The notes under the pieces were generated by a model. It made no database searches, was not told the origin of the DNA, and saw only the letters and a list, made by a program, of their open reading frames with translations. A stretch of DNA of 64,000 bases from a bacterium (GTDB lineage Bacteria; UBA8248; JACPRG01; G963555815), in contig CBDHDG010000005.1 of assembly GCA_965261595.1 (NCBI GenBank), positions 960,001 through 1,024,000 on the forward strand, given 5' to 3'. Positions 1 to 9,912 of this stretch are shown piece after piece; the stretch's first letter is position 1; each line of letters starts with the position of its first letter. The position numbers and the translations under genes were made by a program.

Positions 1-312
1 TACTTTGGGCGAACCCCGAACTCTTCTCTGTTTGCCCGCCCTGGTTGTGAGATCCCCGGTCTGAAGTTTTCGGAGACGCGCGGCGATCATCGACATCGCC
101 GCCCATCGTCCCGCTGTAATCACGCGGTGCGATTCCCTGGATGCGTGCGGGCTTGGCTCCGTTTTCCACCCTTGGTGATCGAAAATGTGCGAAAGGCGAA
201 TTCCCGCTGGTATCAAGGGTTTTACAATCCTTTCGAGTAGGGGGTACAGGAATTGCATCTATCTTCGTTTGAACCTGACAACCTGGGATTTATCGAAGGG
301 ATGGGGTGATGA

Positions 313-1470
<1,158 letters not shown>

Positions 1471-1858
1471 AGGCTCGTCGTTGGACCTGTTTTCAGCCGT
1501 TCCTGATTCGTTGCCCCACGGTCTCCAACCGATCAGTCTCCGGCCGGATCGGATTTTCTTCCTTCTTCTCTTTCCCTCATCGAACAGCCCGCGCCGGTTC
1601 CTCCGGCGTCACCGCAAGCCGCCGGTTGAGGCGTCTGCCTTTCCGCGTTTCGTTGCCCGCAACCGGCCGGGTCTCTCCACCTCGGCCCGCCCCCGGGGGA
1701 GACGGAAGACGTTGAATGTCCATGGCTTGACCTTCACCGGAGAGGAGAGAGCGAGGATTTCTTCAAGGAAAGTTTGGAAATGATCAAAGGCGCTACGCGA
1801 GTCGGGCGCGGCTCTCGCCCTTTTCGCTTGAACCGGCGATCGGGATGGGCCCGGAAGG

Positions 1859-2287
1859 TTACGCTTCCTTTTCCATCATCGTCCTCATCGCCTCCTCGAA
1901 GGAAGCCGGGATCATGAACTCGAGGCCGTTGCCGTCGGGGTCCTGGAAGAAGAGTTGTTTCATGCCGAGGCCCGCGTTGGGGTTCTCGCAATAATCGATT
2001 CCCGCCTTCTCCAGCCGGTCCCGAATCTCAGAAAAATCCTCGATTCCCAGCGCTACGTGGCGGTTCCACGCGAGGTGGGTGAGGTGGTTGAACCGGGTCA
2101 CGGGGACGTACTCCTTGGGAAGCAGATGTATCTGCGTCGCCCCCACCTGATACCAGATCAGGGGTTTTCCGAAATCGGGCATGTCCGTCTTTTCCCTGAG
2201 GCCCAGCAGATCTCCGTAGAACTTGCGGGCGCGTTCGAGATCGGTCACGAGGATTGTCACATGATGAACGCCCAGGGGCTCGGGCAT
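1859..2287 (-). CDS. VOC/glyoxalase family protein
   Basis: HHVTILVTDLERARKFYGDLLG ... HVAL ... QLFFQDPDGNGLEF; start inferred at ATG 2287. Confidence 0.85.
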   Translation of the reverse strand: MPEPLGVHHVTILVTDLERARKFYGDLLGLREKTDMPDFGKPLIWYQVGATQIHLLPKEYVPVTRFNHLTHLAWNRHVALGIEDFSEIRDRLEKAGIDYCENPNAGLGMKQLFFQDPDGNGLEFMIPASFEEAMRTMMEKEA

Positions 2288-2373
2288 GATTTTCTCTCCT
2301 CGAAAAAGGGGAAAACCCGGTTCACTCAGGGATTCGCGGAAACGGACAAGAGGGCAGGGCTCTCCAAAGAACC

Positions 2374-2955
2374 TTAAGCGGCGCCGATCGGCGGCTCCGT
2401 TCCGGCTGTCAGCCTTCTCAGGTTGTCCTTGTGCTTCAGGATAATGATGAAGGCCGCGATCCCCCCGGCCGCGATCAACTGCGGGGCGGCGTCCAGACCC
2501 CAAAGAGATATAGGCAAAACGACCGCCGAGGCGACAGACCCCACCGAGACCCTGCGGCTGGCTTTCACGGACAAGGCGAAGACGAGAAGGCAGATGAGGA
2601 GCGGGAGAGGCGCCACGGCGAGAAACGCGCCGGCGGTCGCCGCCACGCCCTTTCCGCCCCGGAACCGAAGCCACGGGGAATAGACGTGCCCCAGAACGAC
2701 GGCCAGACAGACCGTGGCCACCCATCCGGGCGGCAGCCCGGCCGCTCGCGCGAAGAGGACGGCGGGAACGCCCTTTCCGATGTCGCAGGCCAGCGTCCAG
2801 CTTCCTTCGCGCTTGCCGACGGAGCGGCCCACGTTCGTGGCGCCGATGTTTCCGCTGCCCGTCGCGCGGATATCCACCCCGCGGGATAGGGCGAAGAGCA
2901 AGCCGAAGGGGATGGAGCCGAGGAGATAGCCGACGATCACAACGAACCCGTTCAC
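2374..2955 (-). CDS. plsY: Glycerol-3-phosphate acyltransferase PlsY
   Basis: GYLLGSIPFG, GSGNIGATNV, FRGGKGVA and HKDNLRRL motifs. Confidence 0.93.
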   Translation of the reverse strand: MNGFVVIVGYLLGSIPFGLLFALSRGVDIRATGSGNIGATNVGRSVGKREGSWTLACDIGKGVPAVLFARAAGLPPGWVATVCLAVVLGHVYSPWLRFRGGKGVAATAGAFLAVAPLPLLICLLVFALSVKASRRVSVGSVASAVVLPISLWGLDAAPQLIAAGGIAAFIIILKHKDNLRRLTAGTEPPIGAA

Positions 2956-2968
2956 AGCGGGGCTCCGC

Positions 2969-3568
2969 TCAAGGGGTGTTGACCTGCCGCCAGACCTGGC
3001 GAAAGTAGCTCAGGCCCGAGGCCAGGCTCAGGATTAATGCCGCCCACAGGGCCGTCATGCCGAGGACATGGAAATCCACAGGCCCCCAGTCCCAATCCAG
3101 GATCAGAAGGATCAGGGCGATCATTTGGAAGGCGGTTTTGGATTTTCCGCCGAAATTGGCGCTGATGACCATGCCCTTGCTGGCGGCCACCCACCGCAGT
3201 CCGGTGACGGTGATTTCCCGCCCGATGAGAAGGACCGCGATCCAGGCCGGCACCTCGCCGTATGTGGCGAGGGGGATCAGGGCGGAGACGAGGATGAGCT
3301 TGTCGGCGATGGGATCGAGGAGACGGCCCAGGTCGCTTTCCACCGACCAGCGGCGCGCGAGGTGCCCGTCCAGCCAATCGGTGAGTGATCCCAGGGCGAT
3401 CACCAGGGCGGCGATGGGGGCGTTGTACAGCCCCGGAGTCAGAAGAAGCATGATGATGATCGGCGCCAACAACAGGCGCAGCATGGTGATCCGGTTGGGG
3501 CTGAAGAGCTTCGGCGGGGCTTGCGCCGGGGCGGGTTCCGCGTCCCGGACTTTGACGGGTTGGGTCAT
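2969..3568 (-). CDS. pgsA: CDP-diacylglycerol--glycerol-3-phosphate 3-phosphatidyltransferase
   Basis: PNRITMLR; CDP-alcohol phosphotransferase motif TDWLDGHLARR...GRLLDPIADK; GGKSKT. Confidence 0.9.
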   Translation of the reverse strand: MTQPVKVRDAEPAPAQAPPKLFSPNRITMLRLLLAPIIIMLLLTPGLYNAPIAALVIALGSLTDWLDGHLARRWSVESDLGRLLDPIADKLILVSALIPLATYGEVPAWIAVLLIGREITVTGLRWVAASKGMVISANFGGKSKTAFQMIALILLILDWDWGPVDFHVLGMTALWAALILSLASGLSYFRQVWRQVNTP

Positions 3569-3588
3569 GATCCGCAGACGGCCGGCGT

Positions 3589-4515
3589 TCAGTTGAGGTA
3601 ATCGTGAAGGGCCTTCATTCGCGCGCGGGCTCGCAACCTCCGCTTGGCCTTCGTTTCAATTTGACGGATTCGCTCCCGAGACAGACCGACCTTCTTGCCG
3701 ATCTCTTCCAGGGTCATGGCGTCCCCCTCGAAGCCGAAGCGCATTCGCAGGATCTCCCGCTCGCGTGGCGACAGTTCTTTGAGGAGGGCCGCAACCTCTC
3801 TGGACAAGGAGCGTCGCACCATGCCCTCCTCGACGGAGGGCATGTCCTTGGATTCCAACAAGTCCAGGTAGCGTGTGTCCTCTCCCTCGGTGACCGGAGC
3901 GTCCAGCGACAGATGGTTGCGGTAGACGCGCAGGATGATGTCGATCTCCTCTGTGGTCTGCCCCAACGCCTTGGCCAGCTCGTCCGTGGTGGGCTCCCGG
4001 CCGCGCGCCTGCCTGATCTCCTGATACTTCTCGCCGATCTTGTAGAGTTTTCCCGCCTGTTTGATGGGAAGGCGCACCGTTCCGGATTGTTCGGCCAGTG
4101 CGTGCATGATGGATTGACGGATCCACCACACCCCATAGGTGATGAACTTGACGCCCTTGTCCGGATCGAAGCGCCTGGCCGCTTGAATCAAGCCGATGTT
4201 CCCCTCGTTGATTAGGTCCAGCAGGGACAGCCCACTGTTTTTGTATTTGTTGGCCACGCTCACCACGTATTTGAGGTTGCTGCGGATGAGCTTGTCCATG
4301 GCCTCCGGGTTTCCCCGAATCACCTCGCGGGCAAGGACCTGCTCCTGTTCCCGCGTCAGAACCGGGATGTCGCGGATCTCCTTCAGGTAGGAGGAGAGAG
4401 AGTCGGCCGTGACAGGTTCGAAGTCCCGTGGATCGGAATGCGACCCTGCTTTCGAGTCCGGGTCCGGGTCGTTCTCGGGAGAGTCGAATTTTTCAAGGTC
4501 ATCTGACATGGCCAT
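3589..4515 (-). CDS. RNA polymerase sigma-70 factor, RpoD/RpoS-like, lacking region 1.1
   Basis: Region 1.2 DSLSSYLKEI; region 2 DLINEGNIGLIQAARRFDP and KFITYGVWWIRQ; region 4 TLEEIG...SRERIRQIE; start at 4515 or 4509. Confidence 0.92.
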   Translation of the reverse strand: MAMSDDLEKFDSPENDPDPDSKAGSHSDPRDFEPVTADSLSSYLKEIRDIPVLTREQEQVLAREVIRGNPEAMDKLIRSNLKYVVSVANKYKNSGLSLLDLINEGNIGLIQAARRFDPDKGVKFITYGVWWIRQSIMHALAEQSGTVRLPIKQAGKLYKIGEKYQEIRQARGREPTTDELAKALGQTTEEIDIILRVYRNHLSLDAPVTEGEDTRYLDLLESKDMPSVEEGMVRRSLSREVAALLKELSPREREILRMRFGFEGDAMTLEEIGKKVGLSRERIRQIETKAKRRLRARARMKALHDYLN

Positions 4516-4612
4516 CAAACCGGAAGCGGAGGAACCGAAAGGATCGGCGCACCTTCTCACCAGAAGGCTGTATGCCTATGTTAGCACGCTTGAAACTGCG
4601 CGTCCAAAAGGC

Positions 4613-5431
4613 TCAACGGGTTTTGGAAGCCGATTGCGCCAATTTTGGTAGCTTGCGGAGCAAGCTCCGTGCCTTTTTATGGTATCGGCTCTTGGGGTGA
4701 GAGCGAATCAGCCGCCGCAGCGCTATCCCCGCCTTCCGGAAATTCTCCTCCCGACGATAAGAATCCGCCAGATAGTACAGGGCGGCGGCCGCGGCGGGGC
4801 CCTTGGGATAATCTTTCAACAGCCGGAGGAATCTCGGGATGGCGGACTGATAATTGCTGTCGGAATAGTGGAACCGGGCGACCAGCAACTCCTTCCGGGC
4901 CAGCCGGGCTTCCAGTTCGGTCACCTTCGGGCCGGCCTCGGCGTTCAAGGGGGTGTCGGGGAATTGGCGCACGAGCCGCCGGAAATTCGCCAAGGCGTTC
5001 TCGGCTTCGATCTGGTCCCGGTCGACGCTGGCGAGGCGGTTGTAGTCGCACATCGCGAGGAAGTAATAGGCCCGGGGCGTTTGCGGGTTGACCGGGTAAA
5101 GCTGGACGAACTTGTCGTACTGAAACTTGGCCTCATCGTATTCCTTGGAGGCGTAAAAGGAGTCCGCGAGGCTGATGAGGGCTACGCTGCGAAGGTTGCT
5201 CTCCGGGTATTCCTGGAGGATCCAGTTGAATGCCGCCCGGGCCCGCTCGAAATCCCGACCCCGCATGTTCTCCCGGCCCAGGACGATCAGGTCCCCCGCG
5301 GAGGAAGCGGAGGGAGGGGCTTTTCGGGCCGAGCATCCCCCAAGGATAAGAAGGGAGGCCAGAACGATGATAGCGGCCCCGATCGGCCGCTTGGGGCGGA
5401 GTCGTAGGAGGAATATCGGCAAAAGACGCAT
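4613..5431 (-). CDS. bamD: Outer membrane protein assembly lipoprotein BamD (TPR)
   Basis: Lipobox-like LGGC; TPR helices; DRDQ; ARKELLVARFHY. Confidence 0.85.
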   Translation of the reverse strand: MRLLPIFLLRLRPKRPIGAAIIVLASLLILGGCSARKAPPSASSAGDLIVLGRENMRGRDFERARAAFNWILQEYPESNLRSVALISLADSFYASKEYDEAKFQYDKFVQLYPVNPQTPRAYYFLAMCDYNRLASVDRDQIEAENALANFRRLVRQFPDTPLNAEAGPKVTELEARLARKELLVARFHYSDSNYQSAIPRFLRLLKDYPKGPAAAAALYYLADSYRREENFRKAGIALRRLIRSHPKSRYHKKARSLLRKLPKLAQSASKTR

Positions 5432-5611
5432 AGGACCCAGGCCACCTTCAAGCTTGGGCGGGAATCACTGAAGCCCCCCCCGTGACGCCGAACAACCGAT
5501 TCTCATCCTAACCGCGGGCCGGTGGATCGTCAAGGGAGTCAGAAGAGAGAAATGGCGCCGCCGCCCGGTTGACTTGACCCGTGCCGGACTTTGTGCCAAT
5601 TTACGCCTGCG

Positions 5612-5878
5612 ATGGAAAAGACGGAAATCCGGCCTCAAATTGACGATTTGGACGAGCAAATCGTCCGGTTGCTGAACCGCCGGGCGGCCCTGGGACTCCG
5701 GGTAGGGGAGGCCAAACGGGTTCGGGGCGAGCCGATTCATGACCCGGACCGGGAAGCGGAAGTTCTCAAGCGCGTTTCCTCGATGACGACGGGTCCCCTC
5801 CCGGCGGACGCCCTGAGCCGAATCTACTCGCGGATCATCGAGGAGACCCGGAGTCTGGAAGAGTCGGAATCAGGCTGA
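5612..5878 (+). CDS. Chorismate mutase, AroQ/type II
   Basis: IRPQIDDLDEQIVRLLNRRA...K...PIHDPDREAEVL. Confidence 0.85.
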   Translation: MEKTEIRPQIDDLDEQIVRLLNRRAALGLRVGEAKRVRGEPIHDPDREAEVLKRVSSMTTGPLPADALSRIYSRIIEETRSLEESESG

Positions 5879-5955
5879 ATGAATGGCGTTGTGACGCAAG
5901 GCAAGCCCTCGTGAGGTGAATCACCCCCTTCGAATTCCGCATTTTGAATTCAAGC

Positions 5956-5984
5956 TTGACATCCGAATCTCCGACTTGTAACTT
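5956..5984 (+). promoter_or_regulatory. Sigma-70-type promoter of the atp/rex operon
   Basis: TTGACA (5956-5961), 17-bp spacer, TAACTT (5979-5984). Confidence 0.6.
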
Positions 5985-5989
5985 CGCCT

Positions 5990-6007
5990 TTGTGAAATAA
6001 TTATCAT
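5990..6007. promoter_or_regulatory. Candidate Rex operator
   Basis: TTGTGAAATAATTATCAT versus consensus TTGTGAA-N4-TTCACAA; lies over the predicted transcription start of the operon that contains rex. Confidence 0.5.
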
Positions 6008-6022
6008 GCTCCTCAGGAGGTC

Positions 6023-6379
6023 TTGGCCGTGAGCCCCGGCCGGAAACCGGAGTCGGCTTCGACGCCATCACAAGATTCAGAACGGGCCTCGGAGGAAACG
6101 GGGGGGCCGCCGAAATCCTCCGGCGGTAGCGGCTTGCGCCAAATGGGCGACCTGCTGTCGATGGGATGGAACCTCGCCCTTTGCATTGGGGTGGGTCTGA
6201 CGCTGGGGGTCTTGCTCGACAAGTGGCTGGATACGCGGCCGTGGGGGATCCTCATTTTCCTCCTCCTGGGGGTTGCGGCGGGGTTTGTCAACCTGTTTCG
6301 GACGGCGATTCGCCTGGGCGAAAAAGATGACGGCGCGGGTTCAACAACGAACGAAAATCGTGGAGACGATGACGGATGA
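6023..6379 (+). CDS. AtpZ/AtpI-family small membrane protein
   Basis: GxxLDKWLDTRPWGILIFLLLGVAAGF; first gene of the Fo cluster; exact start uncertain. Confidence 0.85.
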   Translation: MAVSPGRKPESASTPSQDSERASEETGGPPKSSGGSGLRQMGDLLSMGWNLALCIGVGLTLGVLLDKWLDTRPWGILIFLLLGVAAGFVNLFRTAIRLGEKDDGAGSTTNENRGDDDG

Positions 6380-6809
6380 CGTCTTCCTGATTGCCGTGGA
6401 GCGGCGGGGTTGGGCTTCGCTCGCCGCGGCGTCCATGTTTGTCCTTGGGTTCTTCGGGTTCGACGCGGCCGGAGGGGTGGTTTTGGGCGGGGCCGTGGGC
6501 TTGCTGAATTTTCGGCTGATCAAGGTGTATTTCGGCAGGGTCCTGAGGCGGGGCCGCCGGCCGGCGGGGTGGATGCATGTGGCGTACATGGGGAAGTACG
6601 CCGCCCTGGCGCTGCTCCTGGCGGCTTTCTTCCGCGTTTTGGGGCCGCACCCCCTGGGGGTGATCGCCGGGTTTTCCATCTCGGTTGCGGCGCTGATATG
6701 GGGCGGCTTGGCCGTTTCTGAAGACACCGGCAAGGGCGAGGGCGCTGATTCGATGAAAGGTCTTTCAATGATGAGTCGTCTGGCGAGGCGGACGGGGATG
6801 CGGGCATGA
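6369..6809 (+). CDS. atpI: ATP synthase protein I
   Basis: Four hydrophobic segments, GGAVGLLNF; directly upstream of atpB. Confidence 0.75.
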   Translation: MTDDVFLIAVERRGWASLAAASMFVLGFFGFDAAGGVVLGGAVGLLNFRLIKVYFGRVLRRGRRPAGWMHVAYMGKYAALALLLAAFFRVLGPHPLGVIAGFSISVAALIWGGLAVSEDTGKGEGADSMKGLSMMSRLARRTGMRA

Positions 6810-7486
6810 AAGAGCCCTTCATGTATTTTTATATTCCGGGTCTGCCGCTCCACGTGGTGTATACGTGGCTGCTGATGATCGTTCTGGTGGCGGTGTCCCT
6901 GGTTATCAAGCGCTCGCTCCAGTGGGCGCCGGCGGGCGGCCAGAATTTCTTCGAGGTGTGTTTCGGGGGTCTGCTCGATCTGATCGACAGCGTGATGGGT
7001 CGCAAAGGCCGGGCCTATTTCCCGCTCCTGGCCACCCTCGGGATCTATATCTTCGCTTCCAACCTGATGGGTCTCATTCCCGGGATGTTCTCACCGACGG
7101 CGAATATCAATACGACGGCCTCGTGCGCCATCACCGTGTTTTTGATGACCCATTACGTTGGGGCGAAGACCCATGGCTGGGGTTATCTCAAGCAGTTCAC
7201 CGGGCCCATTTGGTGGCTCGCTCCATTAATGATAGTCATCGAGGTGATCGGGCACTTGGCCCGTCCTTTATCATTGTCGGTCCGCCTGTTCGGGAACATC
7301 TTCGGGAAGGAACAGGTGATCGTGAACATTTTCGTTCTCAGTCTCTTGTTCAAATTTCTTTGGCTGCCCGTGCTGGCGCCTTCTTTGATTCTCGTCTTCG
7401 CAATTTTCATGAGTCTGATCCAGGCGTTCGTGTTTGTGCTCCTGTCGATGATTTACCTGGCCGGTGCTTTGGAAGAGCATCACTGA
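6806..7486 (+). CDS. atpB: Fo ATP synthase subunit a
   Basis: SNLMGLIPG, PTANINTT, RPLSLSVRLFGN, IQAFVF. Confidence 0.95.
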   Translation: MKEPFMYFYIPGLPLHVVYTWLLMIVLVAVSLVIKRSLQWAPAGGQNFFEVCFGGLLDLIDSVMGRKGRAYFPLLATLGIYIFASNLMGLIPGMFSPTANINTTASCAITVFLMTHYVGAKTHGWGYLKQFTGPIWWLAPLMIVIEVIGHLARPLSLSVRLFGNIFGKEQVIVNIFVLSLLFKFLWLPVLAPSLILVFAIFMSLIQAFVFVLLSMIYLAGALEEHH

Positions 7487-7510
7487 TTGGATGAGGGAAA
7501 GGAGAATTTG

Positions 7511-7876
7511 ATGAATCGAAAAGTGCTTGGAGTCCTACTCCTGGGGGGGGGTTCCCTCCTGCTTGCGGGCGAAGCCGCCTGGGCGGCCGAGGCCGCCGAA
7601 AAGGGGGGAGCGGGCGCCGGAAAGATGACCTACTATCTGGTGGCCGCGTTCAGTTGCATGTTCGGGCTGGGGATGGCCGCCGTCGGCGGGGCCGCGGCCC
7701 AGGGCAAGGGAATCGCCAGCGCTCTGGACGGAATGGCCAGAAACCCGGGAGCGGCCGCTGATATCCGGACGTCGCTCATCATCGGATTGGCGCTGATCGA
7801 ATCGCTGGTCATCTACGTCCTGTTGGTGGCCATTATTCTGTTGTTCGTCGACCCATTCAAGCTGTTGGGCGGTTGA
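7511..7876 (+). CDS. atpE: Fo ATP synthase subunit c with N-terminal extension
   Basis: GMARNPG loop; [11 protein letters not shown] containing the conserved Glu. Confidence 0.95.
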   Translation: MNRKVLGVLLLGGGSLLLAGEAAWAAEAAEKGGAGAGKMTYYLVAAFSCMFGLGMAAVGGAAAQGKGIASALDGMARNPGAAADIRTSLIIGLALIESLVIYVLLVAIILLFVDPFKLLGG

Positions 7877-7887
7877 CGCGACAGGTC

Positions 7888-7924
7888 GCCGGCCGGGGGA
7901 TCGGAAGCCGGTCCCCCGGCCGGC
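7888..7924. other. Strong GC hairpin between atpE and rex
   Basis: GCCGGCCGGGGGATCGG-AAG-CCGGTCCCCCGGCCGGC; 17-bp stem with one G-U pair; no U tract. Confidence 0.7.
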
Positions 7925-7961
7925 TCCAAGAGACGGACACCCATTCGACACGGCGGGGTCC

Positions 7962-8795
7962 GTGCATCACCGTAGCGCCCTCAGTCCAAATTCGGTCGAA
8001 TCAATCGCGATGATCTCTCCGAACGACAAGTCCGGGCGCCCATGCGGAAAAGGAAAAACGGCCCCCCGCGGCCTCCCCTCCGGCCGCGCCTTGAAGTCGC
8101 CCGGGAGCCGATTGCGGAAAGCCAAGCCGCTTGAAACCGAACACATCCCCGAGGCGACGGTCCATCGCCTGTCGATTTACGGCCGGGTGCTTCAGTTGAT
8201 GGAAGACGAGGGCCTGAGCATCGTCTCCTCGGCGATGCTGGCGAGCCGGTGTGGATTCAATCCCGCTCAGATCCGAAAAGACTTGGCGTACTTCGGCGGG
8301 TTTGGAATCCGGGGCCTGGGGTATCGGGTGCGCGAGCTGCGTGAAGCGCTGCGGCGCATACTGGGCGTCGCCCGGGTCTGGCGCGTGGCCCTGGTCGGGG
8401 CGGGGAACCTGGGGTCCGCCTTGCTGACGTATCGGGGATTCGACCAGCTCGGGTTCAAGATCGCCGCCATCCTGGATAAAGATCCCGCACGGACGCGCCT
8501 GGGACGGCTGAAGAACACCGAGGTGTTGGCGATGGACGCCCTGTCCGAGGTCGTCCGGAAAAGGGACATCCGGATTGGCATCATCGCGGTGCCCGCCGAG
8601 AGCGCCCAAGAGGTGGCGGACCGGCTCGTGAAGGCCAAGGTCAGCGCCATCCTCAATTTCGCCCCCATCCGCCTGGACGTTCCCGAGGATGTCAAGCTTC
8701 GGAACGTTGACCTTGGATTGGAGCTGGAAGGGCTCGCCTATTACCTCACGCAGGACAAGCACAATGCGCGGAAGCCGCTGCTCCGCGGCGCTTGA
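7962..8795 (+). CDS. rex: Redox-sensing transcriptional repressor Rex
   Basis: IPEATVHRLSIY, QIRKDLAYFGGFGIRGLGY, VGAGNLGSAL, ILNFAP; true start probably downstream of 7962. Confidence 0.93.
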   Translation: MHHRSALSPNSVESIAMISPNDKSGRPCGKGKTAPRGLPSGRALKSPGSRLRKAKPLETEHIPEATVHRLSIYGRVLQLMEDEGLSIVSSAMLASRCGFNPAQIRKDLAYFGGFGIRGLGYRVRELREALRRILGVARVWRVALVGAGNLGSALLTYRGFDQLGFKIAAILDKDPARTRLGRLKNTEVLAMDALSEVVRKRDIRIGIIAVPAESAQEVADRLVKAKVSAILNFAPIRLDVPEDVKLRNVDLGLELEGLAYYLTQDKHNARKPLLRGA

Positions 8796-9519
8796 AAATC
8801 CTCCTGACGCCGGTCCTGTTTTGGGGATCGACACCGCCGGACGGAGCGGATCGGTCGCGATCGCCTCCGCCGGCAAGGTGGAGTTCCTCTCGCCCCTGAG
8901 TCCGGGTCGCACCTATGCGGAGGGCCTCGCCCCGGAAATCCTCCGAATGCTGGAGACTCTTTCGCTGGAGCCCGGCAACCTGTCAGGGGTGGCGGTGTCC
9001 GCCGGGCCGGGTTCGTTCACCGGATTACGCATCGCCATTGGAACCGCCCTGGGACTTGTCGGCGCTTTGGGCATCCCCCTGGTGGGCGTGGAGACGACGC
9101 GGGCGTGGGCGCTGGCCCTCGGCCCCCGGCCGGAGGGCCTCTGTCCGGTCCTGGACGCCGGGAAGGGGCTGGTGTTTGCGGCCTTTTTCAGTTGGGAGGA
9201 CGGGCGGCTCGTGCGGCGATCGGAGGATTTGGTGCTTTCCCCGGAGGCCCTTTGCGGGCGTTTGGAAGGTCCCACCTGGATTTGGGGGGACGGGGCCGAG
9301 CGGTTCGGCGAGGTCATCCGGCGGCTCGGGAAGGGGCGCGGCTGGCTGATTCTCCGGGAAGACTGGCCCGCCGCGGCGGGGGAAGTGGCCTTGTGCGGCG
9401 GGCGTCGAATCCTGCGGGGGGAGGTGAGCGCGCCCGCGGGTTTCCACCCCCGGTACGTCCGGGAAGCGGAAGCCAAGGTTCAGTGGGGGCTTCGCTATGA
9501 AGGGAAGCGCGGCCGGTAG
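8764..9519 (+). CDS. tsaB: tRNA t6A biosynthesis protein TsaB
   Basis: LGIDTA, AVSAGPGSFTGLRI, PVLDAGKG, PRYVR; start uncertain. Confidence 0.88.
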   Translation: MRGSRCSAALENPPDAGPVLGIDTAGRSGSVAIASAGKVEFLSPLSPGRTYAEGLAPEILRMLETLSLEPGNLSGVAVSAGPGSFTGLRIAIGTALGLVGALGIPLVGVETTRAWALALGPRPEGLCPVLDAGKGLVFAAFFSWEDGRLVRRSEDLVLSPEALCGRLEGPTWIWGDGAERFGEVIRRLGKGRGWLILREDWPAAAGEVALCGGRRILRGEVSAPAGFHPRYVREAEAKVQWGLRYEGKRGR

Positions 9520-9615
9520 GAGGTGAAAGGTGATAAAATAAGGGGTTTCATAATTTTCGTCCGGTCTCTATATTGATCATCCGACCGGAGGCAAGGGGGG
9601 GAGAGGAGGAGAGTC

Positions 9616-9843
9616 ATGGACAGTGATGAACAGGAGTTGGTGGAGTCCATCAAGCAAAGGGATGTGGGGTTCTCCCGGTTGGTCGACCGGCATTCCGAGC
9701 TGGACGAGACCATCCGAAACCTGGAATGCAGAACGCACATATCGACTGCGGAGGAGTTGGAGATTCGGCGTCTGAAGAAGCTGAAGCTTCAGACAAAGGA
9801 CGAGATGAGCCAGGTGTTGAACCAGCACCGGATTCATTCCTGA
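9616..9843 (+). CDS. DUF465/YdcH-family small coiled-coil protein
   Basis: F.RL...HSELDE.I...LKKLKLQTKDEM. Confidence 0.75.
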   Translation: MDSDEQELVESIKQRDVGFSRLVDRHSELDETIRNLECRTHISTAEELEIRRLKKLKLQTKDEMSQVLNQHRIHS

Positions 9844-9912
9844 AAGGCGTCATCGACGCACCGTGACGGACTGTATTGTTCGGTGGTCTTTGAGGCGGCG
9901 GGAAGCGTCGGG

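Noticed and set aside
3589..4515. Naming the sigma factor rpoS or rpoD
   Set aside because: It lacks region 1.1 and the nlpD or dnaG context, so orthology cannot be assigned by eye.
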